Assembly (NCBI GenBank): GCA_028534125.1
Contig: CM052817.1
Coordinates: 6,574,001-6,638,000, forward strand
Direction of reading: 5' to 3'
DNA length: 64,000 nucleotides
Source: Lama glama
Lineage: Eukaryota
Part shown: one piece after another, positions 1-14,345 of the stretch
Layout: every line of letters begins with the position of its first letter
Position numbering within the stretch: the first letter of the stretch is position 1
Position numbers and translations under genes: made by a program
The notes under the pieces: model-generated
The model's database searches: none
What the model saw: only the letters and a program-made list of their open reading frames with translations
Told to the model about the DNA's origin: nothing

Positions 1-1099
1 ACGTTGACTTTTAGTAAATGTCAAAAACATGAAAAACAGCAAAAACAAAAAATGCCGAGTCCTTTCCCTGCTGTACAATTTACAGAAGGGGCTTAGCTGA
101 AGACGTGGTACACCTTCAGGGCAGTTAAACCAGAAAGGAAGACACCCTAGTTGTGCCTTCCTCCCCTCCACGCTCACTGCCCCTGTGTTAACAGTCCTCA
201 ATGAGGAAGGCGCAGTATAATAAGCCATTCAGTTAGGAATTCATTTCTAAAGTAGGGAAAGCTGATTCATTTGTTAATGGATGAACGTACTTACAGGTTA
301 ATGAATTTTATAACTTGGTTAAATGCTGTACCTGCTCAATGAGGTTTTATTTTATGCATATTCACTCAGCACAGACATTCATTTCCTAAACTGCACTTTA
401 TGAATATTTATTTAGCATGGTTTCACTTTTTGGCGTAGCGATGTATTTAGTGCCCCTCTCTGCATTCTGACGTTGTCTGGCAAGCAGTAAGAAGCAGAGC
501 AGGGACGCCTGCTCTGTGCCTCCACCCTCCAAAGAAGTGAGCGCTCTGCTTTTCAGAATAATGGTCTGCTTTGTACTAAAAGGAAAAATCAAAACAGTAA
601 CAAAACACAATGCTAGTGAGTGAATTAGTAAGTTGACACTGTTGTAGGAATGAAAGAATGACCATCAGGAGGTGGACACAAAGGTGGGATTCTTAAAAGA
701 TCAGACCCACTATATACTGTTGGTTTAAAGCTGGATATTAACTCAGTTTTGCACCCATTTTGATATCATTTATTGAGTATCAATGCTGCTGGGGGATTTT
801 TTTTTTAAATGCGTAACACGAATTAGCTCATGTAACCTTTACACCACTGCTAATGATGGTATGATACCCCTTTTACAGATGAGAAGAGTAAGTTGCAGAG
901 GAAACAAATTTCCAAAGTCATTAAGGAGTGGGGGGGCTTAGCACGGCCCCGAGCTGCCTGAGCCAGCGTGTCGGTCATAGTGCTGTGCGCTCAAGAGCGG
1001 GGGCAGGCTAGGAGCAGAGCGGGCGGGCTTTGGCTCGGTGTCATGGACCGCCTGGCGGGGGGTGAGAGAACAGCAGTGACGATACGTCATGTTTGTTGA

Positions 1100-1290
1100 G
1101 GGCTTATTAGGGGTCAGGCAACTCACACGCAATACCCTGCTTAGTCCTCACAGCAAGCCGCTGCAACAGGCGGTATGTTCTCATTTTACAAAGAGGCAGT
1201 TGGGGCAAGGAGAATTTAAGTAACTTGTCTAAGTTCAAAGAGCTAAGAAGCGATGGAGCCAGGAGCCCAGGATCACTTCTGCTCTGCTGA
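1100..1290 (-). mobile_element. MIR SINE
   Basis: TAGTCCTCACAGCAAGCC...CATTTTACAAAGAGG...AAGTAACTTGTCTAAGTTCA, the MIR core in antisense. Confidence 0.7.
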
Positions 1291-3604
1291 CTCCCGCTGG
1301 ACTCGGGCGCTGAGGCTGCAGGCACCTGTCCCGCCCTGAGCAGACGGAGCTCGGACCTCGGGACACATCTTGTGCTTACAGGATGTCCTGGGGCCCTTTC
1401 GGGAGCTGGTGTATCACAAAATCAAAGGCAAGGCTTACAGATTCTTCTCAGGAGCCTAAAATAAAATTTTATTTACCTTTTAGTTGATTTTTTAACTGAA
1501 GACGCATGTGGAAAGAATGTCTAAGGTGGCCTGCTGCAATGTGTATAGAAGCCATTAACACAAACTGATGGTTCATGAAAGCCGCCATTATCACAAGAAC
1601 GCAGAAACTTCGCACCCCACCTTGCTGTGATGCAACACCTGCTCAGGGGCCAAGAAGCCCTGAAAGTTTCGTACAATGAAGGAATCAGGGCACATTACGT
1701 GCATGTATGTACACGTACTTGTCAGCATCAGAGCTTGTCCTTCAGAGAGGCACGTTGAGGTGAGCTAGAGAACAAAAAATATTAAAGATTTTTAGAAATG
1801 ATGCCTTAGTCAACAAAATCCCTTTTAAGAAGGTAACTCAGTAAGTTGCATTGTTCCTCAGAGAATAGTATAATTCTTCCCGACTTACAGGAACAGGGAA
1901 CAGCGCCTGCTGCCTGTATTTCACAGTGCAGATAAAGCCTGAGGGGAAGTCTGCTGGGACTCTCCCGGTGTCCTCGTGTATTCCAAAGGAGCCTTTTAAA
2001 GACCAGATTGGCAAGGAAATAAACACAGCCAAAGGAGTACTGCGTGGGACCTAAAACGTGATTTCTCAACAGAACTTATATTTGATGGAGATAATTACTA
2101 ATTCTTTTCATTTAAAATAAATAATCAAAAGAAAAAAAAACCCATAACAGCATCTATTAACTATATGCATCATGACTGGGACATTCAAGCTCTAACAAGC
2201 CATCCTAGACTATCTTGGAAATAAAAAACAGTGGAAATTCTTTATTAGACGTTCTCAAAAACCCAGAAGAGCTTTGAACACTTAGCAATTTTGAAAGAGA
2301 AAAGACGCTGTGGGTACCCAATTAATGGAAATATTAAGCTCAGACATGCACAATCTCAGTGACCATTGACTTAGGTGCTTCTGCAGGTCAGCAACGAGGC
2401 ACTCCGTGCCCCTAATTTCATTTAATCTTCACAAGAATAAATCTCAAGAAAGGGAGCGTTATTCTAATGTTCCAGTTGTGAAAAACAAACAAGGAACTTG
2501 TCTAAAGTAACGGAGCTCATTAGCAGCAGAGCCAGATTCTTGCCTATGATCAAGCTAATTCTATTTCCAGGATAGCACACTGCTTCTCGTTTTCAATGTT
2601 CAAAATGGCTTCAAGATTGGGTTTTTTTGAAGTTTTTAAGATGAGTTCAGGTAAAGAGTGATTAGAAATAGTTAAAAGCAGACTCCTCTTTGCTGAAGAT
2701 CAGATGGTCATGAGAAAGACTGGCCTCCCTGACTCACTTTTTCCCTTGGAAAAAGCCACTTCTGACCTAGGCTGTGACAGTAACTCAGGCGCTAGTATGA
2801 ACTTGATTGTCAAGTTCATAAGAAATTCTGGGGAGGAGATAACCAAGCTGGGAGATACAAAAGTTTTCTCTTGGTTCCCAGAAATAGAAGGAGACGTGTC
2901 CAATCTGGACAGAGCTTCTAAGTGGAATGTCCCAGGAGTACTCATGAGCGATCTCATGAGGAGAGGGGTATTGCAAAGGGTAATATTTTGTACACTTTTG
3001 TGCAATAGATTCAAGAGCAGTCAATTTGAATAAATCAAAAGATGGGTCCAAATCGGGGTGGAATACATTGTTTATAAATAGCCTTGTGGATCAGCTGGTG
3101 ACCTAGGTCCTTCAATGTTGACTCACTAAGTCCTCCAGGTGACCATGAGTTAGGCATGGACAGTCTCATTTTTTTCCCATATAATTAAACAAAGCCTCAG
3201 GGCAGCCAGTGTGTCTGAGGTTTCACAGCTGGGAGATGCTGGCACCCGTCACACTCACATCTGTCTAAGTTGCCTCAGAGAATGAGAGTGAAGGGGGATC
3301 TGAGCTCTCCTCCATCATGAGGAAGGAAAGAAAGCACCGGAGCTGTTTTCCTCGAGTGCAGAAGTCTCAGATCAGATTCACCAGATGTCTGACCTCAAGG
3401 CAGGTGAAACAAATAAAGAAAGCAGAAATGCTTTGTTTAAATGAAGATAGACAGTGTTCCAAAAAAGGCCCCTGGGCAAGTTAAGCTAGTCAGCTACTCC
3501 CGAGGCAGGCAGCTTAATCAGTGAACAGGCAGGCCCTTGAGTCCAGCCGCCTGGGTTCGGGCCCATCCTAGGTCTGTCCTTAGGCAAACACCTGGACGGT
3601 GCGA

Positions 3605-4200
3605 GCATTAGTTTGGGTCTGCTGAGAACCAGATGCCAAGACGGGAACTGCACAGGTAAGACATTTATTGAGGGAGTAGGTTAGTAGATTTGCCATAACA
3701 AAACACCACAGACTGGGAGGCATAAAGAACAGACATTTATTGTCTCACAGTCTGGAGGCTGAGAAGTCCAAGATCCCAGGCAATTGAATTTCTGGTGAGC
3801 ACCTGCCTCCTGGATCTCAGATGGCCACGTTCTCACTGTGCCCTCACATGGAAGAGAGATTGGGAACAGGGAGGGGAACGCAGCCCTGTCAACAGCAGGG
3901 GGAAAGCAGGGGTAGGAAGGGCCTTTCGCAGCCTGCGTGGATGTCTGTGAAAGGAAAAGGGAGGAAGAAGATTTGAGTGGGGAGCATCTTTGGCTGCAGT
4001 GCACTTTCAAGAAAGTTTTGGCCAGGCTACAAGGTGTTCTCGAGGCAGTCACTCATTAGAGGAGCCTTGCCTCTGCCTGGCATGGGAGCGGAGTGCCCTG
4101 TCATTGGGCTGGGGGTCGCCCAAGGGAAAGCGTGGTAATGAAGGCAAAGGGGCTAGCAGCTGGGACCATCAAATTATGCTTCCTCCAGGAAGAGAGCTGC
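3605..4200 (-). mobile_element. ERVL LTR16-like LTR with a nested MaLR fragment
   Basis: TTAGTTTGGGTCTGCTGAGAACCAGATGCCAAGAC...TTTATTGAGGGAG, resuming with AAGAAAGTTTTGGCCAGGC... after the insert. Confidence 0.5.
3680..3860 (-). mobile_element. MaLR LTR fragment (MLT1A/B-like)
   Basis: GCCATAACAAAACACCACAGACTGGGAGGC...ATTTATTGTCTCACAGTCTGGAGGCTGAGAAGTCCAAGATC. Confidence 0.8.
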
Positions 4201-4799
4201 GTGGTACATTTGTCTGGCTACTTCTGGGCATAGATAAGAGGATACCAACGACAATGCACAGTCCAAACAACCCTTGGCAGGATTCATTGAGTTCATATAA
4301 AACACATGGCTCAGTGCCTGGTACGTGGTGAACACTTGATATTCATCAGCTCTTATTAAAATGTTCTTGTCAGACACCCAGGTCTTTGGGTGACAAATGT
4401 GAAGAGTTCTAATTATATATCCTTCCCGGGTTGTGTTTGTTCATTGTCAACACCCACCCTTCAATTAAATATATCATTGATTTTATTGCTTTGTAGAAGT
4501 CTTCCAAGGATCATCAGTGTGGATGCTCAAACAGGTGATTGCTCTGTAAAAGGGATGAATAACTCTGTACTCCTGACTTGAGGCTGTGACCATGAAACAC
4601 AACTGCAGCTGCACTGAGTATTTATATGTGTCTAGTTCAGTTGAGGTACCTTGGAATGAGAACGCCTCAGAATTAAATGGAAAATGTTAAGCCATCTGGT
4701 CCAAACACCATGCTCTGCTTGGATTTCCCAAATAAATGATCCTCCAGCCTCTTGTCACCAACAGCAATGATGGAAAACATGCTCCTGTACGTGGTTGGC

Positions 4800-5222
4800 T
4801 GTTCCTTCCTGGGGCTGCATTCAGGCTACTTTCCATCTGACTTTAGATCCACTTTCCATTCTCCTCCACCCTGTGCTTTTCTCCACGAGGGTGGTCTCTG
4901 GGGGCTGTATTCTTATTTCCAGTTGGATTTAGCCAACATCCAGCAGGACGTTGATGAGTGAGTGAAGTCAGGTTACTTCTTTCCTTGAGTCCTGACCTGA
5001 GGATACGACAGGCAGGCGAGTCCCTGACTGGAGTCACTGCTTCTCCCAAGCTAGCGGGTGCTGATGACACCTCGTGCTGCTCTTTGACTAGCCTCTCACA
5101 TTTCCCTTTGTGGTTCTCTTGCAGGTCACCCATTCCTTTGTCATCAGTTCCACTGATAAGTCCATCTCAGATTACCCCGATGTGAGTTCGCCATCTGTTC
5201 CTCATTGGTGCCCGACATGATG
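4800..5222 (+). mobile_element. ERVL LTR33-like solo LTR
   Basis: Ends CAGATTACCCCGATGTGAGTTCGCCATCTGTTCCTC..., resembling the LTR33 3' terminus. Confidence 0.55.
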
Positions 5223-5824
5223 GGACGCCTGACTCCATCCCCTGCAGTCAAACAGAAAGGGCCACATCTATCTTTCCAGGTAAAAGTTCTTCAAGTCTAC
5301 AAGGCAGATTTTAATAGAAACCTAAAAATCTGGACTCTGTCACTTTCAGTCTGAGGCTTTTGTGCCAAAGATTTTGAAAGAATTTCATAGAAAACAAAAT
5401 TCGAAAGCTAAGTAGTTTTCTTAAATTTCCTGCTGAATTCAGCAATCTTTTGTATACCTTCCATTCAAACAACGTCCAAGTCTTTTCACAGTCTACTTAC
5501 ATTTCCAGTCTTCGCCATCTCTTAGGAAAACATATTCCCTGTGCGCATTCCTTTGTGACGCTAGATGTTCTGTGTTGAATAAAATATCATAGCATTTAAT
5601 ATGCCCCCCATTGAGTGTGTAAATGCTTCCTCTGAAGTTATACTGTACGCCTTTAATGTTGTTATATATTTTCAGTTTAAGAGACCAGTAAAAGTCAGGG
5701 GGTGGGGAGAAATGGAGAAAAAAGGAAAAATGCAGAAAGAAAGAAATCTACAACCTCACCACACAAACCACCCAGTTAACAGGTTTCTGAATAATTTATA
5801 GTCCTCCTACTGTCCAGAAGAGCA

Positions 5825-5891
5825 TTTTTTTACATACTGTAATCATAAATTTACTTTTTTTACATACTGTAATCATAAATTTACTTTTTTT
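5825..5891. repeat. Perfect 30-bp tandem duplication
   Basis: TTTTTTTACATACTGTAATCATAAATTTAC twice (5825-5854, 5855-5884) plus a trailing T7. Confidence 0.95.
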
Positions 5892-7814
5892 CTATTTAAC
5901 ATGATAATGTTTTCCCATATTTTCATGGAACATGCAAGAATTTCAGTACAACCACATCTTGGCAAGCAAGACACTGTCATCGATGCAAACCCTGCTAATG
6001 TTTCAATCCCAACCTCTTCTGTGCTGCTCCTGGTCTTGGCTAATGTTGAATCAGTTACACAAATGATGACTGGCCCAGAGGCTTGGAAAATGTAACGGTT
6101 AGAGTATTTTCTTCACACCAAGATTTGTTTCAGATTTATGCCAGGTAGACTGATGTTTGTAAAATAGTCAAGCAAGATCTCTCATTTTATATGTTTTCTA
6201 ATAAATACGTTTTTAGATTGGTAGAAAAATAGAATATGTATGTCAACAGACAACTTGGTTGCTTTCAAAATCGCTTTTACAATAACACCATTATAACATC
6301 ACTTCAGTGCAATCTTTGTTCATCACTCTTTACTTCAGGCACTGTTATTTCCTTGAAAGAGACTTTCCACAACAGAATTAGTTAGCAAAAGACTCTGCTC
6401 ATTATTGAGGACCTTGATACTCATTGTTTAATTGCTCTCTGGAATGTTTTCGACATTTGAACTTGAGGTTATATGAGCATGTCCTAATTTATCATTAGAT
6501 CTTTATCAGTGCTAAACATTACATACATACACATTATATATATTTAAATATTTATGGATTTGAGAGGGGAAATAGTCATTCACTTTTATTACAATTAATT
6601 TAAAAATATTCCTGGAGGGTCTGAGCAATTACCTGTATTTTGCTTAGTAATTATTTTGGCTTTGGGGAGGATGCATTTTTCCCTCCTGCTCCTAGAACTG
6701 CGGGTGGGCCTCGATATAAAGTCTTCCTTAATCGGCACACACATTTCTTAAATTTGGCCGCACAGCCCCTCAGTTTCTCACTTTCCAAAATGAAGAGACT
6801 GAATAGCACAGGAGTCACAGAAGGAGAATGTCCAGCTCACAGGTGACTGGAGGTTATCAGTGCAGGTCCTGCTGCCGTCCCAGCTCCACCCTCTCTGGCG
6901 CTGTTTGGGGTTTGGGCCAACGCTGGGTCACTTACACAAAGGGTTACTGACTCAGAGACTCGGGATGTCAAGTTTTGAAGTGTAGCCCACCACACCACGT
7001 ATTATGTAGACGGGTCTGATTCTTGCAACAAATTCAAGCATAATTTGACATCAACCACTAAGGGTCCCCAAAAGTGTCTATGGAAAGTGGGCCTGGGTAT
7101 TTTGAAAGGCATAAGCATCTAGAAATAATATGAGAGGCAAAAAGGAGAGATATTTTCCTCTTAAAATCTCAGTAAACAGCCACTTAAGTTCCCTCCCCTC
7201 ATTTCCTTCTTTCTAACATCTGGGACGGTTGAGAAAAGGCAGTCTATGCAAAATGCCTTTCACAGTGTTCCACATCTGCTTCGTCCTTAAGAGAGGATAC
7301 CACCTCTATTAGCTTAAGCATTGCCACTGAATAGCGGTGTGACCACAAGTAAGTAACTCAGTCTCTCTGAGTATTAGCATTTTATCTGCTGGATTCAGAT
7401 GCCAGATGAGATGGTGTCAGAGAGCTCTGTGATCAAATGGAGCCAAAGAATATGATCCAAAACTCCAGGGATGCAATACAGCCTAGAGGGGAAGGGAGCT
7501 ATTGGACCAACATCATTTGTTAGTCTCCATGTGATGGAGAGCAAGAGATGATGCCCAAGAGAGGAGATGCTGGACCCTCTGCCTGGGTTCACGTGCCCAG
7601 CTGTACCACCCATAAGAATTTGCCAAAGAGAAATTGCACTGGGACAAAACATACCCTATTTCTTTGCCAGGCTTTACTCTGTGCCCGGATTAAACAGCCA
7701 GGAGTGTATGTAGAGTACAGCTGAGCCAAAGAAATCTGGGAGACTGCAGGAAAATCATCCCCATGGTCCTCACTGGGAACTTTCATGTATCGCCAAATAA
7801 TGTATTTTCCCACC

Positions 7815-8170
7815 TCAGGGCTGCACGCTTGGCCTCTCTGCTGAGAGCCCTCTTCCCCACCCTCCACATGTCTGGCCCCTTCTCATCCCTCAGATCTCAG
7901 CTCTCTTGCTTCAGCCCACTCTCCTGTCACTGGCAGCCCTGTCTAAAGACACACATCTGTCATCACCATCACATCATCGCGGGATGTTGTCCTCAAAGCA
8001 ATTACCACCCCCGTGTGCGTGTGCTCATTTCATTTTCTGTCTCTTCAGCTAGATTTCAAGCTCCAAGAGAAAAGGAACACCTCTTTCTTGTTCATCATTG
8101 TGGACTGATGTCTGCCATATATAGTAGCTGTATAAATATTTGCCAAATAGATAAATGAATGAATCGACAA
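7815..8170 (+). mobile_element. L2 3' end
   Basis: CCTTCTCATCCCTCAGATCTCAGCTC...AATATTTGCCAAATAGATAAATGAATGAAT terminus. Confidence 0.7.
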
Positions 8171-11100
8171 ATGAACCCTGGGAGGAAGCCCTATGGCAGG
8201 ACATGGGCAGATGCATTCTGCATAAGGGAGGAAATCATGGGAGGCAGGAGGAGGAATATTTTATCACCAACATCATTTAACATCACCAGTGCACAGCAGT
8301 GATAAGAAGCAAACCTGCTTTTCATGACTGCTTTTAAACTCTGGATATACAATGTGCCCCTTGGTGTGAACATCGAGGGCAGAATTCTCCCTCTGCCCTG
8401 CCCTTGAAATGCCCCTGGATTCAAAAGTAAGTCATCCTCTCAATGTGGAGAAAGAAAATGCTAAACGAAGGCATGTGGGGGAACACCAATATCTATCAAC
8501 TGCCTACTAACTACTTAAATATTCCTTCAACAAACCTTTCTTGAGCACCTGGTATGAGGCCAGTGCTGTGTGAGGTGCAAGGGAGACAAGGTGACACAGG
8601 CATACTGACGGGCTTTGTGCCTGGTTGGGGACTCGGGCCCATGAGTGACCATGACACTGAATGGTCAGGCCTGTCCCGCAGGTGGTATTTTTATAAACTG
8701 CTTTGGGGATGCCGTGGAGGTGCTAAGTCCTTCCACCAGTGAGGACCAGGGGAATTTAAATCTAAGAGGTGGTGTATCAGCAGGGCTGTGAACACCATGG
8801 GGGCCACTGCTGGGTAGCAAAGGGAGGACCATGTTTTAAGCAAGGCAAAGAGGTATAAAAAATTGAGTCCTGTTTGGGAATCTAGGCTAGTGTGTCTGGC
8901 ACTCTTGTGTCTTAAAATGTGGCCAAGTATATAGAGGAGCAGAGAAAGAGGGCAGGAAAGTAAATTGGAACAATCCTACAAAAGGCTTTGAATGCCACAT
9001 TTAAAGACCAAAAAGCAAACCTACGTTCCATCAACGGGAAGCCGTCAAGGCATGTAAGGTAGGACTAACTCCACTATGAGATCACAGCCAACACAGAAAA
9101 TGTGAACTCCACGCAAATGCCAGCCAGCCAGGGAAATGGAGCTCCCGATGCCATCCACCTGCTTTCTGCATAGATGTTCCCATCCCTTTATTTACTGCCA
9201 TTTATCTAAACCTCGGAAACTCATTCATGCTTGTTAATGACTGTCTATAGTATATGACGAGTGTGATATTTAAAAACGTGAAGTTATTTGAAGTATGAGA
9301 GTGCCAAAGAAACAACAAATCCCTCCACATTTGAAACCTTCTCAATTCTATCAGCCCCCATGGCGTTGGAACCAAGCACGAAGCACTGCAAACATCAGTT
9401 GTTGTTGTTTTATATGCTATGAACATGCCAAGGTCTTCAACAGGAAAGGTCCATTGTCTCTCGTGTAGTGATAGTAAAATACATAATGTGATATGATTAT
9501 GCATATATTAAAATGATGCACATGAAGACAAGGGTGAGAGCAGAGAAAAGGGGAGACAGATTCTGTGTTGCATGATGGGGAAAGTTGGCTGTAGCATGAG
9601 ACAGTCCTGGATCAAACTCCAGCCTCAGTGTCCTCTCCTTTTAGGAATCATTGCCACGTTTCAAGGAGACAGAATGTATCGAAGATATTAACCCTATGTC
9701 CAAGTAAGGTATTTACATATAATCCAAATGACGGTGCCATCGAACCCTCCTGCCTTAATTACAGGGTCTCATTTCTTCTCAGTATCTTCCAATTCTTTCT
9801 TGGATCCCCAAAAGGAGTATATTATGTGCTCACAATTATCAGCTCATTGTCACTGCCCTGTGCATTGTTTGTCTGGTTAAGCTTAAGTTGTGTCATACAA
9901 TGTAAGGTTTCTACAATAGCAAGACCCCTGAATCTCAAAGCTTGACACCCACTGTCTGTTTGGCTGGGGCGGAAAGTGCTGGGTTGTGGACACTGGCTCA
10001 CTCCCCCATATGGAGCTACCTTTTTCACTGGACCCTAAGGAAACTCTGCTCCACTCGGAATTCCACAAACTCTCCCATGAAAGCAGCTCCTTTAGCTACC
10101 CTCTTTCACATCCCCTCTTCTGCATGCAAGTCTCAGAAAACAAACTTTCAAACACCACCTCCATTTCTACAATGATGAGGTGTGATTTGCAGAACATTCT
10201 GAATCCATTTCCTTTCACTAGTCCCTTGCCAGACCCCATCTCTAGACCAAGACAGTTCTGACTTAGTCATTCACACCACACCAGTGACTGACCAATGTGA
10301 CATGTGGAACAGAAAATAAGTTTGCATTTCCAAATCCATGCTGAACTCTTGTCGCTAAATCCTGCCAGGATGGAAGAACGACTTTTCGAGGAATAAGATC
10401 TGTACATAGAGGTTCTCAGGATGAAGGCAGCAAAGGAATCCTTCAGTTTCCTTGTCTAAGAGCATAACAAAATGGTTACAGCTTTTAAGAAGGTTGTTTT
10501 TTTTTTTTTGGCTTCTACCCAGGACAATTTCAAAAATTTAAAGTCCTAATTTCAGGCAGAGCAGATTGTTACTTAAAATCTTGGCACAAAGAAAAAGGAG
10601 AAGAAAAGAAAGAAAAAGAAAAAAAAAGGAAATGAAGGAAGATAAGGAGAGAAGACAAAACTTTGTTCTTTTCCATAACTAGGAGAAGTTACAACATTTT
10701 AGAACTTTCCAGGGACTTAGAGATCATCTAGTTCTATGACCTTTTTCAGAGAAGGAAATCTGAGTCTCAGAGAGGTAAAGATATTTGTCTAAATTCACAG
10801 AGCCAGCAAACAGATGAACTAAAACTTTGTGTAGCACTTTTTACAACCCCCTGTTGTCTAGATAAACAACAGGTTAGGTGAGAGAAAGACTCGCTCTGGG
10901 ATTTTCTCACCCAAATTGGAACTGGAGAATCTAGCCACCCACCCATTGGTATAGAGGTACTTGCTATCTTGTACTGAGAGAACCGTGCTTGTTCGAGCTC
11001 CTGGCCACCAGCCAGAGATGCTGGGGTCTGGAAAGGCATCAGGGGGACTGCAGTGAATGGGAGGGAGATGCCCAGCTGGGAGGAGAATCTTGGCTCTCCA

Positions 11101-11859
11101 CTGAGGATTGCGTAGGAATCCTCAACAAGAAACTGTTGAGAAATCCCTCTAGGATGATAAACATCAAGTGCAGAATTGCAGGCCAGGGTGAGACACTGAT
11201 GTGCACAAACAGTCCATCAAGCTCCCTACTTTGTTACTCTCGTTTTTCTTCCTCCTCTCCCTCCTCCTCCTTCTTCTTTCATAAACACTGAGGTGATTCA
11301 CACTTTCAGGTATCTAAACCCTAGTGATTTAGACATCCTAGCATCTAATTTACATGGAGTGCGTGGTGGTATCCATGGTGCAGAGAGAGACCTTGTACAT
11401 AACTGAGGTCTTTGCAATCCTTCACTCTTCCTTCTGGTCACTAATCAGGAAGCATGTGCTGCCCTGAATAGATGAAGTGTATAGAACACGGAGCTGGGGA
11501 TCAGATAGACTCTGTCCCTGTCTAGCTATGTAGCTGTGTGTCTTTGAGGAAGTTATTGGTTGTCTCTGATTCTCACTTTCCACAGCTGACGACAGGGACA
11601 AATCACAAACTTCAAACGGCCCTTAAGGTTGGAAGGCAAAAAGAAACTTAAACCTCAGAGCTGTTAAAACCAAAATTTCCATCCTCACCACCTCCACTTC
11701 TTAAACAGCTGCACTCCCTTCCAGAGGCCCCTGGGTGTGCCTGAGGGGCTGCTTGAAAGGAGTTTGTTGATCTTCCTTTTATCTTGTGTCCTCAACCCTA
11801 GGCTCTTCCAAGACCAAGACTCGGCATCTTGGAGCACATCAGAGCTCTGGTCCAGAGCC

Positions 11860-12317
11860 CTGTGTTTAACGAATAATGGTCCCCAAAGATGTCCACGTCC
11901 TAATCCTCCGGAACCCTTGAATACGTCACATTATGTGGCAGAGGGACTTCGTGGATGCGATTAAGGTAAACATCTTGAGATAAGGAGACTGTCCTGGGTT
12001 ATCGGGGTGGACCCAATGTCATCACATCACAAGTGCCCTCATACGAGGGTAGCAGAGGGCAGACCTGAAAAAGGTGGGACGGGGTCCTGCTCACCATGGA
12101 ATGGAGACAGTTTCTAGGAGCTGGAAAAGACAACGAAAGGGATTCTCTCCTCGAACCTCCAGAGGGAACAGACCCTTGCCAGCACTTTGACTTTAGCTCA
12201 TTGAGTCTGATTTTGGGCTTCTGAGTTCCAGAGCTTTGAGATAATAAATCTGTATTGTCTTCAGCCATTAGTTAAGTTTATGGTAATTCATTAGAGCTTC
12301 CATAGGAAACAAACACA
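11860..12317 (+). mobile_element. MaLR LTR (MLT1D-like)
   Basis: GAATAATGGTCCCCAAAGATGTCCACGTCCTAATCC...GAGATAATAAATCTGTATTGTC...CATAGGAAACAAACACA. Confidence 0.85.
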
Positions 12318-12404
12318 AGCACCTTGGTGGACCTTCTGGGTTAACCAAAACCCACCTGTAGGTGAACAACCACTCCTCTACAAGGCAGACACTCTGGGTC
12401 CTTA

Positions 12405-12960
12405 TTGTTATTAAAATAAGCCAAAGAGGATTTTCGTGTATTGGTTTCTAGGTTGTTTATTTCTTCCTGGCAGGCTGAGACCTGTTAGCTCAAAAGCCTG
12501 CTGGCCCCAAACTTAAACTTCCTCTCACCCAATTATTTTAAACGAAGCTCAAACAAACAGATTTTGAGTCATTTGGAGCCTCCCTGGTTTTTGTACTCTG
12601 GGTAACCTCACCCAGAAACTGCTAACCACTCATAAGGGAGGGCCTCGTAGTTACGAGTCCCCAAGCAGTGGTGGCCTGTCGGAGTTCTCTGACCTGGGGA
12701 CTCCCAGCTATGCCGCTGGTCATGTTCCCTGGACACTTCAGCCCCTTTCGGCTCCCCGTCTCCCCCAAGAGTTCTCTGGCTTTTCTCCCCTTCTGAGTGG
12801 TGGACCCCTTGCCCTAAGCCTCTGGGTGGTCTCATGCTATGCAGACAGTCCCCTCTCACACCACCCCATCCAAGCAGCACTCAGTAAAGCATATCGTGTT
12901 TTTGCCTCTCATGGTCATATATATATATTTTCCTTTGATAGCCTATACTCACAAGCTTCT
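12405..12960 (+). mobile_element. Possible ERV solo LTR (family unassigned)
   Basis: TG start, LTR-like composition and an AGTAAAGC polyA-like motif near 12884. Family not recognised with certainty. Confidence 0.35.
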
Positions 12961-13904
12961 CTTAGGAGAAATGGCCCCATGTCCAAGACTGCTTTTAAAC
13001 TACTGAATTTTGTAGGAACCAAACTAAACCCTAAGGTGTAAACTTCTCTCTCTGCATAAGACTAACGTATTTGTAAACCATACATGTATATGGAAAATAT
13101 ACGTAGAAAGTTAAATACAGAGCAAACTCGTGTCCAATTATGTCACTTTTTTTCGCTTGCTGTCTAGAGGGAATTGTTACATGAGACAGTGTTACACTTT
13201 CAATCAGTTTGCCTACGTGCCGCATGGTTGTCAACAAAAAATATAGTTTAAGGTCCCCCTTATTTATTTGTTCTTTCTGTTTTTTTTTTTAAAGAGACAT
13301 TATGTATATCATCTGCTTTTGTTTACTAAGGAGCTAATCTTTTTTTTTTTTTATCTTTTATTTCCAGTCGTTTGGTCAGCTAAGCTCAACTCGTGATGGG
13401 AAATTTTGTCAACCAGAACTGACAGAGCCGTGGGTGAATGTCCATCCTGGTGAGTTCTGAATGATGATCACACCCCATGAGGTTGTGAGGCTGAGCATTT
13501 TGCAGGTAGATTGGGAACAACATGATTTGGAGAGCCAATCATGTACTTCCCAGGATGGAAGACATTGAAAACTGTGTGCAGTAGCTGAAATTCTAACTAT
13601 GAATGATTTATTTGGTTTGAAGCTAAGTCACCAGTTAGGCACACAAAAAGTGAGTGCAATTAGGCTACTTTACATTAAATAGCATGCTTATTTCCCATCT
13701 GTAAACTGATAAATAATGCAGCAATTGGAAACTGGAATGTTCATGCAGTGAAGTCACCCAGAGTGAGCACTTCTGTGGAAGTGCTTTTGCATAGACCGCA
13801 AGTGAGTCAGGAACATGATTGACCCTGCTTGCAGTGAAGTAAAAAGTTATCATAGAGCCTAAGATTGGATTTATGTCTTTTCTTATGTATATGCGTATTT
13901 TTGT

Positions 13905-14345
13905 GTCTGTGGTAAGAAATATAACATAATTTGACATTTTAACCATTTTTAAGTGTACAGTTTAGGAGCATTAATTACATTCGAATTGTACATCAATGAC
14001 CACTATTTCCAAAACTTTGTAATTACCCCAGCAGAAACTCTGTACTTATTTAATAATAATTGTTTATTTGCTCCTCCCTCTCCAGCCCCTTGATAACCTC
14101 TAATTTACCTTCTGTCTCTATGAATTTGCCCATTTGATGAAATCATTCAATATTTGCTCTTTTGTGCCTGGTTTATTTCAATCAGCATAAAGCTTTCAGG
14201 TTCATCCATGTTGTAGCATACATCAAAACTTCATTCCTTTTCATGGCTGGGTAACATTTCATCGTATGGTTAGATCGCATTTGTTTATCTAATTACCTGT
14301 ATACAAACACTTGAGTTGCTTCTACCATTTGGTGACTGTGAATGA
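13905..14345 (-). mobile_element. Older L1 (L1MB-like) 3' fragment
   Basis: TTTTAACCATTTTTAAGTGTACAGTT...ACCCCAGCAGAAACTCTGTAC...GTTCATCCATGTTGTAGCATAC, typical of L1MB 3' UTR in antisense. Confidence 0.8.
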
